This document shows, one piece after another, positions 51,989 to 62,610 of a stretch of 64,000 bases of DNA. The DNA comes from Candidatus Sulfomarinibacteraceae bacterium (GTDB lineage Bacteria; Acidobacteriota; Thermoanaerobaculia; Thermoanaerobaculales; Sulfomarinibacteraceae), in the NCBI GenBank assembly GCA_963823345.1, contig CAWGLE010000013.1, positions 542,517 to 606,516 of the forward strand, given 5' to 3'. The number at the start of each line of letters is the position of its first letter. Position 1 is the stretch's first letter. The notes beneath the pieces were generated by a model. That model made no database searches. It was not told where the DNA came from and saw only the letters and a program-made list of their open reading frames with translations. Both the position numbers and the translations under genes were made by a program.

Positions 51989-54196
51989 ATGATCGAAACA
52001 CCGCTGCGGCCGAGAATCGCGCTCGAGGACGGCTGGGAATTCATCCGCGAACGGGTCGGGCGTTCCTGGCTCAGCGGACACGGGAGCAGCGGCGAAAAAG
52101 TGGTGCTCCCCCACTGCTGGAACACGACCGATACGTTCCAGTACGGGGTTGTCAGCTACTCCGGCTGGGGGGCCTACCGCCGACACCGGACGCTGCCGAC
52201 GAGCGCCGCCGGCAGCGGCATCACGTGGCGCCTGTGCGCCGGCGGCTTCTACGGTATCGGAGATGTGTGGTTCGACGGACGTCGCGTGGCCAAGGTGGAC
52301 GGCCAGTACCTGGGCGCAGCGATCGACCTTCCCCCGATGCGAGGGGCGACCGGGCACCTGATCGCCTTTCGCCTCGACAATCGCTGGCACCGCAATGTCC
52401 TGCCCGGTTTTCGGCGGCCGGATTTCATCCTTCATGGAGGCCTGGCCGGCGGCGTGTGGCTGCAGGGCGTTCCCCGGATACGCCTTGACGTCGATCGGAT
52501 CCGCGTCGATTGCCGGAAGCAGGATTCCGGCGCCGAGATGGTGACCGTCGAATGGGCCCTCGCGGGCACGACGGCCGGCGCCGGCGAGGCAGCGATCGAG
52601 TGGAGCATCACCGACGTTCACGGTCACCCGGTGTGCGCCGCCCCGCCCTGGCGGGGCCGAGCGGATGCGCAGCAGCGGTCGACGTTGCTCGAGGTCGGCA
52701 GCCCCCGGAGCTGGTCGCCGGACGACCCGGCACTCTACTGGGCCGAGGGTCGGCTCGCCGTCGACGGCGCCACGGTCGATATCGTGCGCATCCGATTCGG
52801 CATCACCCGTGCCGAGTTCCGACCGCGGCAGGGGTTTTTCCTCGACGGCGTCAGGATCGAGCTTCACGGCTGCAACCGGCACGAGTCCATCCCCGGTTTC
52901 GGCAACGTCCTCCCCGACGAACTGCAGCGGCGGGACGCCCGCATCCTCAAGGACATCGGCTGCAACTTCGTCCGCCTGTCACACTATCCGCAGTCGCCGG
53001 TCTTTCTCGATGCCTGCGACGAGCTCGGCATCATGGCGTATCCGGAGATCGCCACCTGGAAGAGCGTCCGCTCCGCCCGCGGCTGGAGACGTGCGGCGTG
53101 CCGGCAGATGCACGACCTCGTCGTCCGCGACCGCCACCACCCCTGCGTCGTCGTGTGGGGAATGGGCAACGAATCGCGGTCGCGCAAGGCCTACCTCGAT
53201 CTCCGTGCGATCGCCCGCGAGCTCGACCCGCAGCGCCCGGTGACGTATGCCGAAAACCACCTCCACCGTGCGCGGCGCGAGCGGACGATCGGAATTCCGG
53301 ACGTGTGGGGCGTCAATTACGAGCTCGACGTCCTCGAGGAGTCGTGCGCCTCGAGCCGGTTGGAGAACGTGGTGGTGTCCGAGTGCTGCAACCACCCCGA
53401 CAGCCTCCGAGGGGACGACGATCACGAGCTCCTTCAGCTCGTCGCCGTCGAACGCGACTGGGAGCAGATGGCGGACCTGCCGTTCGTGGCGGGACACGCC
53501 GTCTGGTGCTTTGCCGACTACGCTACCGAGCACCGCGACCGGTTTCGCCGACTCCCCGGGCTGTTCGACGCGTGGCGTTGGCCCAAGATGGCGGCCGATC
53601 TCTTCCGGGCCCGCTACTCGAAACGACCGTTCGTGTCCCTCCACATCACCGCTCCGGGTCCTCGGGCCACCCCGACGAGGTTCCGGATCGAACACCGCGT
53701 TGACGGCGACGGGCGTGCGCCGGTGGAGCTGCACGCCTTTACCAACTGCGAGACACTGCGGGTCGCGCGCGACGGGTCGATACTGGCGGTTCTCGAGGGG
53801 GCGATCCACCACGTCCTCCCCCTTTTCGGAACATTCTCGGAAATCATCGCCACCGGATCCCGGGACGGCACGGTGGTCCAGGACAGCGCGCGGCGCTACG
53901 GCGAGGCACAACGGATCCACCTGAGGACGCCCACGGGAACGGCGCACCCGACGGTTGAACTGGATGTCGAGATTCACGACGACGCGAGCTCGGTGGTGAA
54001 GAACTGGAACGGCGCCGTCCGGGTCACGGTCGAGGGCCCCGGCCGGTGCCACGCCTACAACCCCGATCACGACGTCGTTGTGGCGCGCGGGCTCGGCCGC
54101 GCCTACGTGACGATCGACGGCGGCCACGAAGCGGTCGTCGTCACGGCCACGGCCACCGGGTTGTCACCGGGGATTTTGTCGCTCCACGGTCCGTGA
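51989..54196 (+). CDS. glycoside hydrolase family 2
   Basis: Motifs LPHCWN, WSPDDPALY, GCNRHE, FVRLSHYPQ, WGMGNES (acid/base), VVSEC (nucleophile), WCFADY. Confidence 0.9.
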   Translation: MIETPLRPRIALEDGWEFIRERVGRSWLSGHGSSGEKVVLPHCWNTTDTFQYGVVSYSGWGAYRRHRTLPTSAAGSGITWRLCAGGFYGIGDVWFDGRRVAKVDGQYLGAAIDLPPMRGATGHLIAFRLDNRWHRNVLPGFRRPDFILHGGLAGGVWLQGVPRIRLDVDRIRVDCRKQDSGAEMVTVEWALAGTTAGAGEAAIEWSITDVHGHPVCAAPPWRGRADAQQRSTLLEVGSPRSWSPDDPALYWAEGRLAVDGATVDIVRIRFGITRAEFRPRQGFFLDGVRIELHGCNRHESIPGFGNVLPDELQRRDARILKDIGCNFVRLSHYPQSPVFLDACDELGIMAYPEIATWKSVRSARGWRRAACRQMHDLVVRDRHHPCVVVWGMGNESRSRKAYLDLRAIARELDPQRPVTYAENHLHRARRERTIGIPDVWGVNYELDVLEESCASSRLENVVVSECCNHPDSLRGDDDHELLQLVAVERDWEQMADLPFVAGHAVWCFADYATEHRDRFRRLPGLFDAWRWPKMAADLFRARYSKRPFVSLHITAPGPRATPTRFRIEHRVDGDGRAPVELHAFTNCETLRVARDGSILAVLEGAIHHVLPLFGTFSEIIATGSRDGTVVQDSARRYGEAQRIHLRTPTGTAHPTVELDVEIHDDASSVVKNWNGAVRVTVEGPGRCHAYNPDHDVVVARGLGRAYVTIDGGHEAVVVTATATGLSPGILSLHGP

Positions 54197-54222
54197 CCCC
54201 GGGGCGCCCCCCGAGGGCCGGG

Positions 54223-55299
54223 TCAGCGTCGGACCCGGGCATTGCCCGCCCAGATGCTCCAGATCTGCTCCTCGTCCGCCGGTTGGGCGTAGTCCGTCAG
54301 CAGGGTCGTCACCAGGGCGCCGGTCGCCCACCCGAACTGGATCCACTTCTCCGGCTGCCAGCCCCTGAGCATGGCGTAGAGCATGCCGCCGACGAAGCCG
54401 TCGCCACCCCCGATGCGGTCGAGGACCACGATCTCCCGCGGCTCGACCACGTGCCACTCATCCGCAACCGCCGCGATCGCGCCCCACAGATGGGCATTGG
54501 CGCTGATGACCTCGCGCAAGGTGGTGGCAAAGACCACCGTCTCGGGGTAGGCCCGCTTCGCCCGGTCGATCATGCCCTTGAAGCTTCCGATCTTCGCGGC
54601 GAGATCCTTGCCGCCCGCCTCGGGACCCTCGATACCGAGGCAGAGCTGGAAGTCCTCCTCGTTACCCACCAGCACGTCGGACAGGGAGGCGATCTCGTGA
54701 AAGGCCCGGTGCAGCTCGTCTTCGCGACCCTTCCAGAACGAGGCGCGGTGATTGAGGTCGAACGAGATGCGGCTGCCGCGCTCCTTGGCGGCTCGAGCGA
54801 CATCGAGGCAGAAGGCGGTGGTCTGCGGGGACAGAGCGGCGACGAGCCCCGACAGGTGGACGATGCGGACTCCCTCGCTCCCGAAGATCCGGTCGAAGTC
54901 GAAGTCCCCGGCGTCGAGGGTGAGTCCGACCTCGCCCGCACGGTCATTGTGGACGCGGGGCCCGCGCGAGCCGTAGCCGGTGTCCGCCATGTTGATCTGG
55001 TGGCGGTAGCCCCAGGGCCCTCCCTGATCGACGTCCCGGCCCTCGTAGTCGATGTGACGACCCGCCAGATCGTCCTTGATCATGCGCGAGATCGGGCTGC
55101 CCTTGACAAAGGCCGTCAGAACCTTCACGGGGAGCCCGAGATAGGAGGAGACACTCGCCACGTTCGACTCGGCGCTCGTGACCTCCATGGTGAACGTCCT
55201 GCTGCAGTGAACTCCCTGGCCGTTCACGGGCGTCAGGCGAACACCCATGCTGGTGGGCACCAGAAGTGCGTACTTACAGTCCTCGCGAAACGTGATCAT
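54223..55299 (-). CDS. PfkB-family sugar-acid kinase (KdgK-like)
   Basis: Motifs AESNVA, SFDLNHRASFW, VGNEEDF, ATTLRE, DRIGGGDGFVGG. Confidence 0.85.
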   Translation of the reverse strand: MITFREDCKYALLVPTSMGVRLTPVNGQGVHCSRTFTMEVTSAESNVASVSSYLGLPVKVLTAFVKGSPISRMIKDDLAGRHIDYEGRDVDQGGPWGYRHQINMADTGYGSRGPRVHNDRAGEVGLTLDAGDFDFDRIFGSEGVRIVHLSGLVAALSPQTTAFCLDVARAAKERGSRISFDLNHRASFWKGREDELHRAFHEIASLSDVLVGNEEDFQLCLGIEGPEAGGKDLAAKIGSFKGMIDRAKRAYPETVVFATTLREVISANAHLWGAIAAVADEWHVVEPREIVVLDRIGGGDGFVGGMLYAMLRGWQPEKWIQFGWATGALVTTLLTDYAQPADEEQIWSIWAGNARVRR

Positions 55300-55359
55300 T
55301 CCCTTTGCTTCCTTTCCGGTTCACTCGCTCCTTGTGACGCAAATCCGAAATCTCATCCC

Positions 55360-56811
55360 TCAAGCCTGGTACGTGTTCGCCGTGACATCGCCGCCCCGCC
55401 CCGTCCAGTCGGTGTGGAAGAACTCGCCCCGCGGCCGGTCGACCCGTTCGTAGGTGTGGGCGCCGAAGTAGTCGCGCTGCGCCTGCAGCAGGTTTGCCGG
55501 CAGCCGGCCGCTGCGGTAGCCGTCGAAGAAGGCCAGACCGCTGGACATGGCCGGCACCGGGATGCCCATTTGCACCGCTTTCGAAACCACCCGCCGCCAG
55601 GCCGCCTGCGCGTTTTCGACGGCTTGCTTGAAATAGGGATCGAGAAGGAGATTCGAAAGGCGCGGGTCCTTGTCGAAGGCCTCCTTGATCTTGCCGAGAA
55701 AGGCCGAGCGGATGATGCAGCCGCCGCGCCACATCAAGGCGATGCCACCGTTGTTGAGGTTCCAGCCATACTCCCCGGCCGCCGCCCGCATCAACATGTA
55801 GCCCTGGGCGTAGGAAATGATTTTGGCTGCGTAGAGGGCCTGCCGAAGGTCATCAACGAACGCGTCGGGATCACCGTCGAAGGCGGCATCCGGACCCGCC
55901 AGTACCTTGGAGGCCGCGACCCGCTCCTCCTTGAGGGCGGAAAGGAAGCGGGCCAACACCGCCTCGGCGATCAGGGTCAATGGCACGCCCATCTCGAGGG
56001 CTGAGATCGCGGTCCACTTGCCGGTGCCCTTCTGGCCGGCGGTGTCCAGGATCTTGTCGACCACCGCGTCGCCGTCGGCATCCCTGAAACCGAGAATATC
56101 GCGGGTGATCTCGATGAGATAGGAATCGAGCTCACCCTCGTTCCACTCGGCGAAGACCTCGTGCATGCGGTCGTGATCGAGCCCGAGTCCCTGCTTCATC
56201 AGGTGGTAGGCCTCGCAGATCAGCTGCATGTCGCCGTACTCGATGCCGTTGTGGACCATCTTGACGAAGTGGCCGGCGCCGTTCTCGCCCACCCACTCAC
56301 AGCACGGGCTGCCATCGTCCACCTTGGCCGAGACCGCCTGAAAGACCGGTTTGACGTGTGACCACGCGGCGGGCGATCCGCCGGGCATGATCGAAGGGCC
56401 GAAGCGGGCACCCTCCTCACCGCCCGACACGCCGGTGCCGATGTAGAGCAGCCCCTTGGACTCCACATAAGCCGCCCGTCTGATGGTGTCGTTGTAGTTG
56501 GAGTTGCCGCCGTCGATGATGATATCGCCGTCGTCGAGCAGCGGGATCAGCCGCTCGATGAAGTCGTCCACCGGCTTGCCGGCCTTGACCAGCAGCATCA
56601 CCCGCCGTGGAGTCGCCAACGCGCCGACCAGTTCCTCGAGTGAATGGGCGCCGACGATCTCGGTGCCCTTGGCGTTGCCCGCGAGAAACTCATCCACGGT
56701 CTCCACGGTGCGGTTGTAGACCGCCACTTTGAAGCCGTGGTCGTTCATGTTCAGAACCAGGTTTTGCCCCATCACCGCCAGGCCGATGAGGCCGATGTCC
56801 GCTTTCCCCAT
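55360..56811 (-). CDS. gndA: 6-phosphogluconate dehydrogenase (decarboxylating)
   Basis: Motifs [65 protein letters not shown]. Confidence 0.97.
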   Translation of the reverse strand: MGKADIGLIGLAVMGQNLVLNMNDHGFKVAVYNRTVETVDEFLAGNAKGTEIVGAHSLEELVGALATPRRVMLLVKAGKPVDDFIERLIPLLDDGDIIIDGGNSNYNDTIRRAAYVESKGLLYIGTGVSGGEEGARFGPSIMPGGSPAAWSHVKPVFQAVSAKVDDGSPCCEWVGENGAGHFVKMVHNGIEYGDMQLICEAYHLMKQGLGLDHDRMHEVFAEWNEGELDSYLIEITRDILGFRDADGDAVVDKILDTAGQKGTGKWTAISALEMGVPLTLIAEAVLARFLSALKEERVAASKVLAGPDAAFDGDPDAFVDDLRQALYAAKIISYAQGYMLMRAAAGEYGWNLNNGGIALMWRGGCIIRSAFLGKIKEAFDKDPRLSNLLLDPYFKQAVENAQAAWRRVVSKAVQMGIPVPAMSSGLAFFDGYRSGRLPANLLQAQRDYFGAHTYERVDRPRGEFFHTDWTGRGGDVTANTYQA

Positions 56812-56834
56812 GTGCTCCTCCTCGATCGACGGCC

Positions 56835-58103
56835 TCAGCCGTCGCCTTTCAATCGATACAGCTGTTCTCCGGCGCGGGGCACGAGCAGGATGTCCTCGTC
56901 CTCTCTGCCCTTCCATTCCTCGGGATCCACGCTCAGGGGATCCATGTAACCGAGCCCGATCCGCTCGCAGCGCTCCTTCGGGATACCGGTGGCCAGCGTC
57001 ACCCGGATGCGCGGCGTCTCCACCCCGTCGACGAACGTCCCGTCACCCCGGAGGTGGGTGGAGTGCGCCAGGACCCCCCACGGGATATGTTGAAAGCGCT
57101 CCCACTGGGCGGTGAAGTAATCGCGCACGTGGTAGCCCACCTCGTCGATGAAATGGCCGTGCACGTACGAGACCTCGGTGATGTGCGGCGAAAAGATCAC
57201 CACCTCGCCGCCGTCGGCGATGGCCGGTTCGAGTTTGTACATGCCCTTGGCCCCGGTCCACAGATCGTCGTACATTTCCGGCATCACCGACAGGACCCGT
57301 TTGAAGGGCCGCTCGACCCACACGATGTCGAGATCAGCGGAGAGTCGGGTCGCCCGGCGCCAGGTGCTCTCCATATCGCCGATGAAGAGGCCGTGCAGGG
57401 ACTGGCCGTGCATCACCATCGCGATCAGGGTACGGGGCGTCGGGATCATGGCGGAGGCGAGATCGATGAGCTTCCGGACCGGCGTGTCGGCAACACCGAT
57501 GATGTGGCGGCTCATCATCAGGGCTCCCACCCAGTGGGTGATGTCGATGATCTCCTGCCCGGCGACTCCCGGCACGAAGTATTTGTTGCCACCGGAGAAA
57601 CCGGCCACCTCGTGGGGAAAGACGGGTCCGCAGACCAGGATGTGATCGTAGGGCGACCCGCCCCCCGGCTCGCCGAGCAGGCGGTTGAGCCGCACCGGCA
57701 CGTCGAGCGACATCCGGCCCTCGGTGACGTCCTCCACGGTGTCCGCCGGGATGGTGCCGAAGGTCACGAAGGTCTCGGACCGTTCCCAGCGGTGATTGAA
57801 GATGCGCGATCGTCCCGCCACGCCATCGACCACCCGGGTTCCCAGGAGCTTCGATTTGGCCGCGTCGTCCATCGCGGGATGGGTGCCGAGAGCGATCAGA
57901 TAGTCGAGCTTTTCCACCTGCGGACCGAGGATCTCTCCGAGCAGGCGGAACATGAGGGGGATCGGGGCCGTCCGCGTGCCGTCCGGGATCACCACCAGCA
58001 CCTTGCGGCCGCCAAGCTCGAGCCCACCGAGACCCTCTTCGAGGCACCCGCGCACCTCGCTCTCGGTGATGGCCCGAACCCGGTCGGTGATATCGACTCC
58101 CAT
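56835..58103 (-). CDS. LarA-family nickel-pincer hydroxy-acid racemase/epimerase (probable mannonate/gluconate 2-epimerase)
   Basis: Motifs [39 protein letters not shown]. Lies in a uxaE-SDR-gnd operon. Confidence 0.8.
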   Translation of the reverse strand: MGVDITDRVRAITESEVRGCLEEGLGGLELGGRKVLVVIPDGTRTAPIPLMFRLLGEILGPQVEKLDYLIALGTHPAMDDAAKSKLLGTRVVDGVAGRSRIFNHRWERSETFVTFGTIPADTVEDVTEGRMSLDVPVRLNRLLGEPGGGSPYDHILVCGPVFPHEVAGFSGGNKYFVPGVAGQEIIDITHWVGALMMSRHIIGVADTPVRKLIDLASAMIPTPRTLIAMVMHGQSLHGLFIGDMESTWRRATRLSADLDIVWVERPFKRVLSVMPEMYDDLWTGAKGMYKLEPAIADGGEVVIFSPHITEVSYVHGHFIDEVGYHVRDYFTAQWERFQHIPWGVLAHSTHLRGDGTFVDGVETPRIRVTLATGIPKERCERIGLGYMDPLSVDPEEWKGREDEDILLVPRAGEQLYRLKGDG

Positions 58104-58113
58104 GTCCGCCCCT

Positions 58114-58896
58114 TCAGATCGTCATGGCGGTGAATCCGCCGTCCACCCGGATGACCGCGCCCGTCACGAACCCGGAAGCCCGCTCCGATGCGAGCCAGAC
58201 GGTGGCGCCGGCCAACTCGTCGGCCTCGCCGAATCGCGCCATGGGTGTGTGGGCCATGATGGACGCGGTGCGTTCCTCGGTCAGGAGCTTGCGGTTCTGC
58301 TCGGCGGGGAAGAAGCCCGGTGCGATCGCGTTGACCCGGACCCCGTCAGGCGCCCATTCCCGAGCCAGGAACTGCGTCAGGTTATTGACCCCGGCCTTGG
58401 TGATCGAGTAGGTGAAGACCTTCGAAAGCGGCGGCCCCGACGAGGCCGACGATATGTTGATGACCGAACCGCCCTCACCACGTTCGACCATTTCCCGGCC
58501 GAAGATCTGGCAGGCCAGGAACATGCTCGTGAGGTTGACCGAGAGGATGCGATCCCACTCACCCTGGGTGATGTCGAAGAACGGCGTCCCGGAGTTGATG
58601 CCGGGTGCGTTGAGCAGGATGTCGACGCGCCCCCATAAGCTCAGGATCTGGCCAAGCGCGTTGCGAAGGTCTTCTTCGCTGGTCGCGTCGGCCGCGATGC
58701 CGAGAGCATCGACTCCGGACTCCGTGCGAATTGTCCGGGCGCGGGCCTCCGCCGCTTCACCGTTGAGGTCGAGGACCGCCACCCGCGCGCCTGCCGCACC
58801 GAGCGCCTCGGCCATCGCGCCGGCCAGCACCCCGCCGGCGCCGATCGCCACCGCGACCTTGCCTTCGAGCGAAAACAACTCGTCCAGATAGCTCAT
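58114..58896 (-). CDS. SDR oxidoreductase, probable fructuronate reductase / D-mannonate oxidoreductase
   Basis: Motifs IGAGGVLA, LLNAPG, NISS, YSITK, NAIAPGFF, TPMARFG, VDGGF. ATGA overlap with uxaE. Confidence 0.8.
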   Translation of the reverse strand: MSYLDELFSLEGKVAVAIGAGGVLAGAMAEALGAAGARVAVLDLNGEAAEARARTIRTESGVDALGIAADATSEEDLRNALGQILSLWGRVDILLNAPGINSGTPFFDITQGEWDRILSVNLTSMFLACQIFGREMVERGEGGSVINISSASSGPPLSKVFTYSITKAGVNNLTQFLAREWAPDGVRVNAIAPGFFPAEQNRKLLTEERTASIMAHTPMARFGEADELAGATVWLASERASGFVTGAVIRVDGGFTAMTI

Positions 58897-60470
58897 GTGA
58901 TCTCCCGACCCGCGTTGCCGAAGGGCGCCGTGTGGCGCCTGAAGTGCGTGACCAGGTTTTCGAAGTGCGCCGCCTCATGAGTCCTGAGGGCGGTCAACAC
59001 ACGTTCCTTGAACAGAGAGCCTCCGTTCGGGGTCTTTTCGGTCAGCACCCTCCCGAACGTCACGTGCAGCACCTGGCGGGCGTCCTCGTCATCGAAGAGA
59101 GCCGCCAGGTCGGCATCACCCACGCTCGCGCCGGCCGGCACGCGATCGAGCCTCGCCGACACGTGGTAGGTCCGCCGCTCGTGCTCGTAGAGCGAGCGCG
59201 AAAAATCGAGGATCTCGCGGAAAAGGGCGGGCTCGCACGCCGCGAGAGTGCGAAGCGCCTCGAGGTAGCTCGTGCCCGCCGTCTTGACGTGGACACCCCC
59301 ACCGCCGATGTCGCCGATCACCTTGTAAACCGAAAACTTGTCGCTCCCGGAGTGGATGCTGATCTTGTAGGGGCCGAGGGCCTCGGCGATGGCCAGGTGT
59401 TTGACGTATTCGCGCCGGAAGAGATCGAGGTCGCCCCGGTAATCGATGCCCTTTTCGAAGTCGCCGACGAACCGCGGCGCCAGACCGATCCATCGAACAC
59501 CGAGCCTGCGCAGCTCCGTGGCCACCAACAGGTGTTCGAAGGGTGAGGTGACCGATGCGGTCTCGTCCACCGAGACCTCGACCTCGAAGGGCCTCTCCCC
59601 CATGGTCGCCGCGATGTGGCGGTACATTTTTGCCGAGTGGGCCAGCGATGCCCCGTACTTGACCCACGCCCGGTGGACATCCGCGACCCCGGGCTCGAGC
59701 ACCAGATCAGACCCGACGCGGAGAGCGGCTCCCGTGTATCGGGCCAGGGCGCCGGCAGGCGATTCCTCGAGATCGTTCCACGGCAGTCCGCCGAAGGCTT
59801 CTTCCAGCGCAGCGGCATCCATTCCGTCCGCTGCATCGACCACATGGTCGCCGGGGTCGATGGTGAACATGGTGAAGCCCGCCGCCGCCATCCGCTCCAC
59901 GTCGTCCGGCGTCTTCAGGTGATCGGCGTCCGCGCCCCACGCATCCGTCCACCCCTCCTCGATCACCGCCCAGGTGGCGGCATCCATGACCTCGTCGGGC
60001 GAACGCTCGGTGCGTGCGAGTTCGCGGATCGACTGTTGCGCCAGCACGGGTTTGAATCCGCTGCCCCGCATGGCACGGAGATGGGCTGGGCCGGCCACTC
60101 CGAGACGGTCTCCGAGACCGAAAGAATCGGCGAGCCCGAGGGGCCGGGGCCGTGCGGTCTCGCACACCTCCCGCACCGCGACCGCGTTGTGGTGATCGAG
60201 TTCGCCGCAGCAACACTCCACTCCCGGTTCCGCCGACCATGTCTCGCCGGAAAAACGCGAAACCAGACCGGAACCCCCCTCCAGTTCCGCCACCAGGATT
60301 CGCCGGTGAGGGCCCAGCCGGCCTACCATCACCGCGCCCCCGTCGATCCAAACGATGGATCGCGGCGCAATCTCGAGCCCGCCTCCGGACGGCACATCTA
60401 TGGCGGACTTTCCGTCCACTGACTGCGACGGCTCGCGACGGATCGATTCGAGTCTTTCACGGAAGTTCAT
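58893..60470 (-). CDS. uxaE: tagaturonate/fructuronate epimerase
   Basis: Motifs FGLGDRLG, AQQSIREL, GADADHLK, EVSVDET, FEKGIDY, KISIHSGSDKFS, HVKTAGTSYLEALR, RQVLHVTFG. Confidence 0.93.
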   Translation of the reverse strand: MNFRERLESIRREPSQSVDGKSAIDVPSGGGLEIAPRSIVWIDGGAVMVGRLGPHRRILVAELEGGSGLVSRFSGETWSAEPGVECCCGELDHHNAVAVREVCETARPRPLGLADSFGLGDRLGVAGPAHLRAMRGSGFKPVLAQQSIRELARTERSPDEVMDAATWAVIEEGWTDAWGADADHLKTPDDVERMAAAGFTMFTIDPGDHVVDAADGMDAAALEEAFGGLPWNDLEESPAGALARYTGAALRVGSDLVLEPGVADVHRAWVKYGASLAHSAKMYRHIAATMGERPFEVEVSVDETASVTSPFEHLLVATELRRLGVRWIGLAPRFVGDFEKGIDYRGDLDLFRREYVKHLAIAEALGPYKISIHSGSDKFSVYKVIGDIGGGGVHVKTAGTSYLEALRTLAACEPALFREILDFSRSLYEHERRTYHVSARLDRVPAGASVGDADLAALFDDEDARQVLHVTFGRVLTEKTPNGGSLFKERVLTALRTHEAAHFENLVTHFRRHTAPFGNAGREIT

Positions 60471-60485
60471 GATGCCTCCTCGAGC

Positions 60486-61259
60486 TCACGGCCCACCGAC
60501 GTCGTTGTTTTCGCCGCCGCTGAGCTCAGCCTTGACCTCCAGGGCCAGCGTGTCCTGGGCCCACCGGAGATGCTCGTCCATTTCACGTCGTGCCGACTCG
60601 ACATCACCAGCGCGAATCGCCTGGTAGATCCGGCGGTGCTGTTCAGCGGCTTCATCTGCGCCGCGCCAGCGATCGACCGTGCTTTTTCGCTGGTCGTAGA
60701 AAAGGTCGGCGACCATCTCCATGATCGCGGCCATCAGGGGATTTCGCGCCGCCGCCGCAACCGCCCGATGAAAACGAATATCGTGGAGGAGAAAGCGGTG
60801 GACGTCCTCGCGGGACGCGAACATCTCCATCACCTCTTCGGAAATCGCGGCCAACTCGTCGCCGCCGGCCCGTTCGGCTGCGAGCCCCGCCAGGTCGATC
60901 TCGATGACCCGCCGCGTCTCGAAGAGTTCCGACTGGGGAATCCCGTGAAGAGCCGAAAAAATGGACAACGGATTCACGTCGAACAGCGGCGACCCCTCTG
61001 AAACGAATGTTCCGGCGCCGCGTCGCGCTTCGACAACGCCGACGGTTGCAAGGGACCTGATGCCATCTCGGACGCTGGCGCGGCTCACCCCGGTCAACCG
61101 GGCCAACTCTCGCTCCGGCGGCAGCTTGTCTCCAGCCTTGAGATCGCCGCGTTCGATGAGCCGCCGGATATAGGCCACCACCAACGACGCGGCCATCGGA
61201 GGTTCGGCGCAGCACGGTTCTTTCAGCCCATCCACGAAAATGTCGTTATTATCAGCCAT
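60486..61259 (-). CDS. FadR/GntR-family transcriptional regulator
   Basis: HTH GDKLPPERELA..GVSRASVRDG..GAGTFV; FCD domain DIRFH..NPLM..EQHRRI..MDEHL. Exact start uncertain. Confidence 0.9.
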   Translation of the reverse strand: MADNNDIFVDGLKEPCCAEPPMAASLVVAYIRRLIERGDLKAGDKLPPERELARLTGVSRASVRDGIRSLATVGVVEARRGAGTFVSEGSPLFDVNPLSIFSALHGIPQSELFETRRVIEIDLAGLAAERAGGDELAAISEEVMEMFASREDVHRFLLHDIRFHRAVAAAARNPLMAAIMEMVADLFYDQRKSTVDRWRGADEAAEQHRRIYQAIRAGDVESARREMDEHLRWAQDTLALEVKAELSGGENNDVGGP

Positions 61260-61270
61260 TGGTCTGACCA
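61259..61270. promoter_or_regulatory. FadR-family operator 1
   Basis: TTGGTCTGACCA (TGGT-N3-ACCA palindrome) overlapping the putative regulator start codon. Confidence 0.75.
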
Positions 61271-61447
61271 CGTTGGATATTCTAACACCATTCCCCAGCA
61301 AGTAAACACTGTCCTGGATATCACTGAACAACCTCGATCTTCAAGCCAGAATCGATATTCTTGTGAATACTACCCGTCAAGGATTTCGAAAACAGATTAC
61401 CCTTGGCCGCGCGCTATCTGCTAAAGTAATCTCAATTTTCGATCAAT

Positions 61448-61460
61448 TTGGTCTGACCAA
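61448..61460. promoter_or_regulatory. FadR-family operator 2
   Basis: TTGGTCTGACCAA, same core as operator 1, upstream of garR and just after a TGCTAAAGT extended -10-like element. Confidence 0.75.
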
Positions 61461-61648
61461 TATCATCGAAGGCCGTGAAAAATGGATCCGCGCGGGCAAC
61501 TCCAGGTTGAACCGTCGAGACATGGTTGGGGTACGCCGGACATTTTCAACCACGAGATCCGTTACCATCGTTTCCGCTGACGCGCCGCCACCGGGATGAC
61601 CCACCGCGGGACCGACTCAGGTGGTTATTTGAAGGAGGGACTCACCTC

Positions 61649-62551
61649 ATGGCAGAAAGAATCGGTTTCATCGGCGTCGGCATCATGGGCCGACCCATGG
61701 TCATGAACCTCGTCAAGGCCGGTTATCCGGTGACGATCTTCGACGTCGTCCGCTCCTCGGTCGAGGCGCTCGAGAGCGAGGGCGTGCCGGCGGCCTCATC
61801 GTCAAAGGAGGTCGCAGAAAAGAGCGACGTCGTCATCACGATGCTGCCCGAGGACATGCACGTCGAGGCCGCCATCCTCGGTTCGGACGGCGTTTTCGCC
61901 GGCACCCGCCCCGACCAGCTCGTGATCGACATGAGCACGATCTCTCCGGTCACCTCCCGCAAGATCGCCGACGAAGGGAAGAAGCGGAAAATCCGCGTGC
62001 TGGACGCCCCGGTAAGTGGCGGCGACAAGGGGGCCATCGCCGGGACCCTGTCGATCATGGTCGGCGGAGATGCGGCGGACTTCGAGGCCGCCAGCAAGAT
62101 CTTCGAGACGATGGGTAAAACGATCACCTACTGCGGCCCCCACGGCGCCGGCCAGGTCGTCAAGGCGTGCAACCAGATCGTGGTGGCCCTGACCATCGAG
62201 GCGGTCTCGGAAGCTCTCGTGCTCGGTTCGAAGGCCGGCGTCCGGCCCGAGATCATCCTCGAAGTCCTCGGCGGCGGGCTTGCGGGCAACAAGGTGATGG
62301 AGGTTCGCGGTCCGAACTTCCTCAACCACGATTTCGCGCCCGGGTTCAAGATCAAGCTCCACCGCAAGGACCTCGGCATCATCCTCGACACCGCCAAGGA
62401 GTACGGAGTGGCGCTGCCCGTCACCGCCCTCGTCAACCAGATGTTCACCACATTGGTCAACGAGGGCCAGGCCGAGCTGGACCACTCCGCGCTGCTCACC
62501 CACATCGAGAAGCTGTCCGGTCACGTCATCGGCACCGCAATGGAGAATTGA
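61649..62551 (+). CDS. garR: 2-hydroxy-3-oxopropionate (tartronate semialdehyde) reductase
   Basis: Motifs GFIGVGIMGRPM, DMSTISP, LDAPVSGG, VKACNQI, FAPGFKIKLHRKDL. RBS AAGGAGG. Confidence 0.88.
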   Translation: MAERIGFIGVGIMGRPMVMNLVKAGYPVTIFDVVRSSVEALESEGVPAASSSKEVAEKSDVVITMLPEDMHVEAAILGSDGVFAGTRPDQLVIDMSTISPVTSRKIADEGKKRKIRVLDAPVSGGDKGAIAGTLSIMVGGDAADFEAASKIFETMGKTITYCGPHGAGQVVKACNQIVVALTIEAVSEALVLGSKAGVRPEIILEVLGGGLAGNKVMEVRGPNFLNHDFAPGFKIKLHRKDLGIILDTAKEYGVALPVTALVNQMFTTLVNEGQAELDHSALLTHIEKLSGHVIGTAMEN

Positions 62552-62610
62552 GGCGGCGTTCCCCGCCATCCGCCGGGCAGCCCCGGCACCCATCGGAGGC
62601 ATCCCCGATC

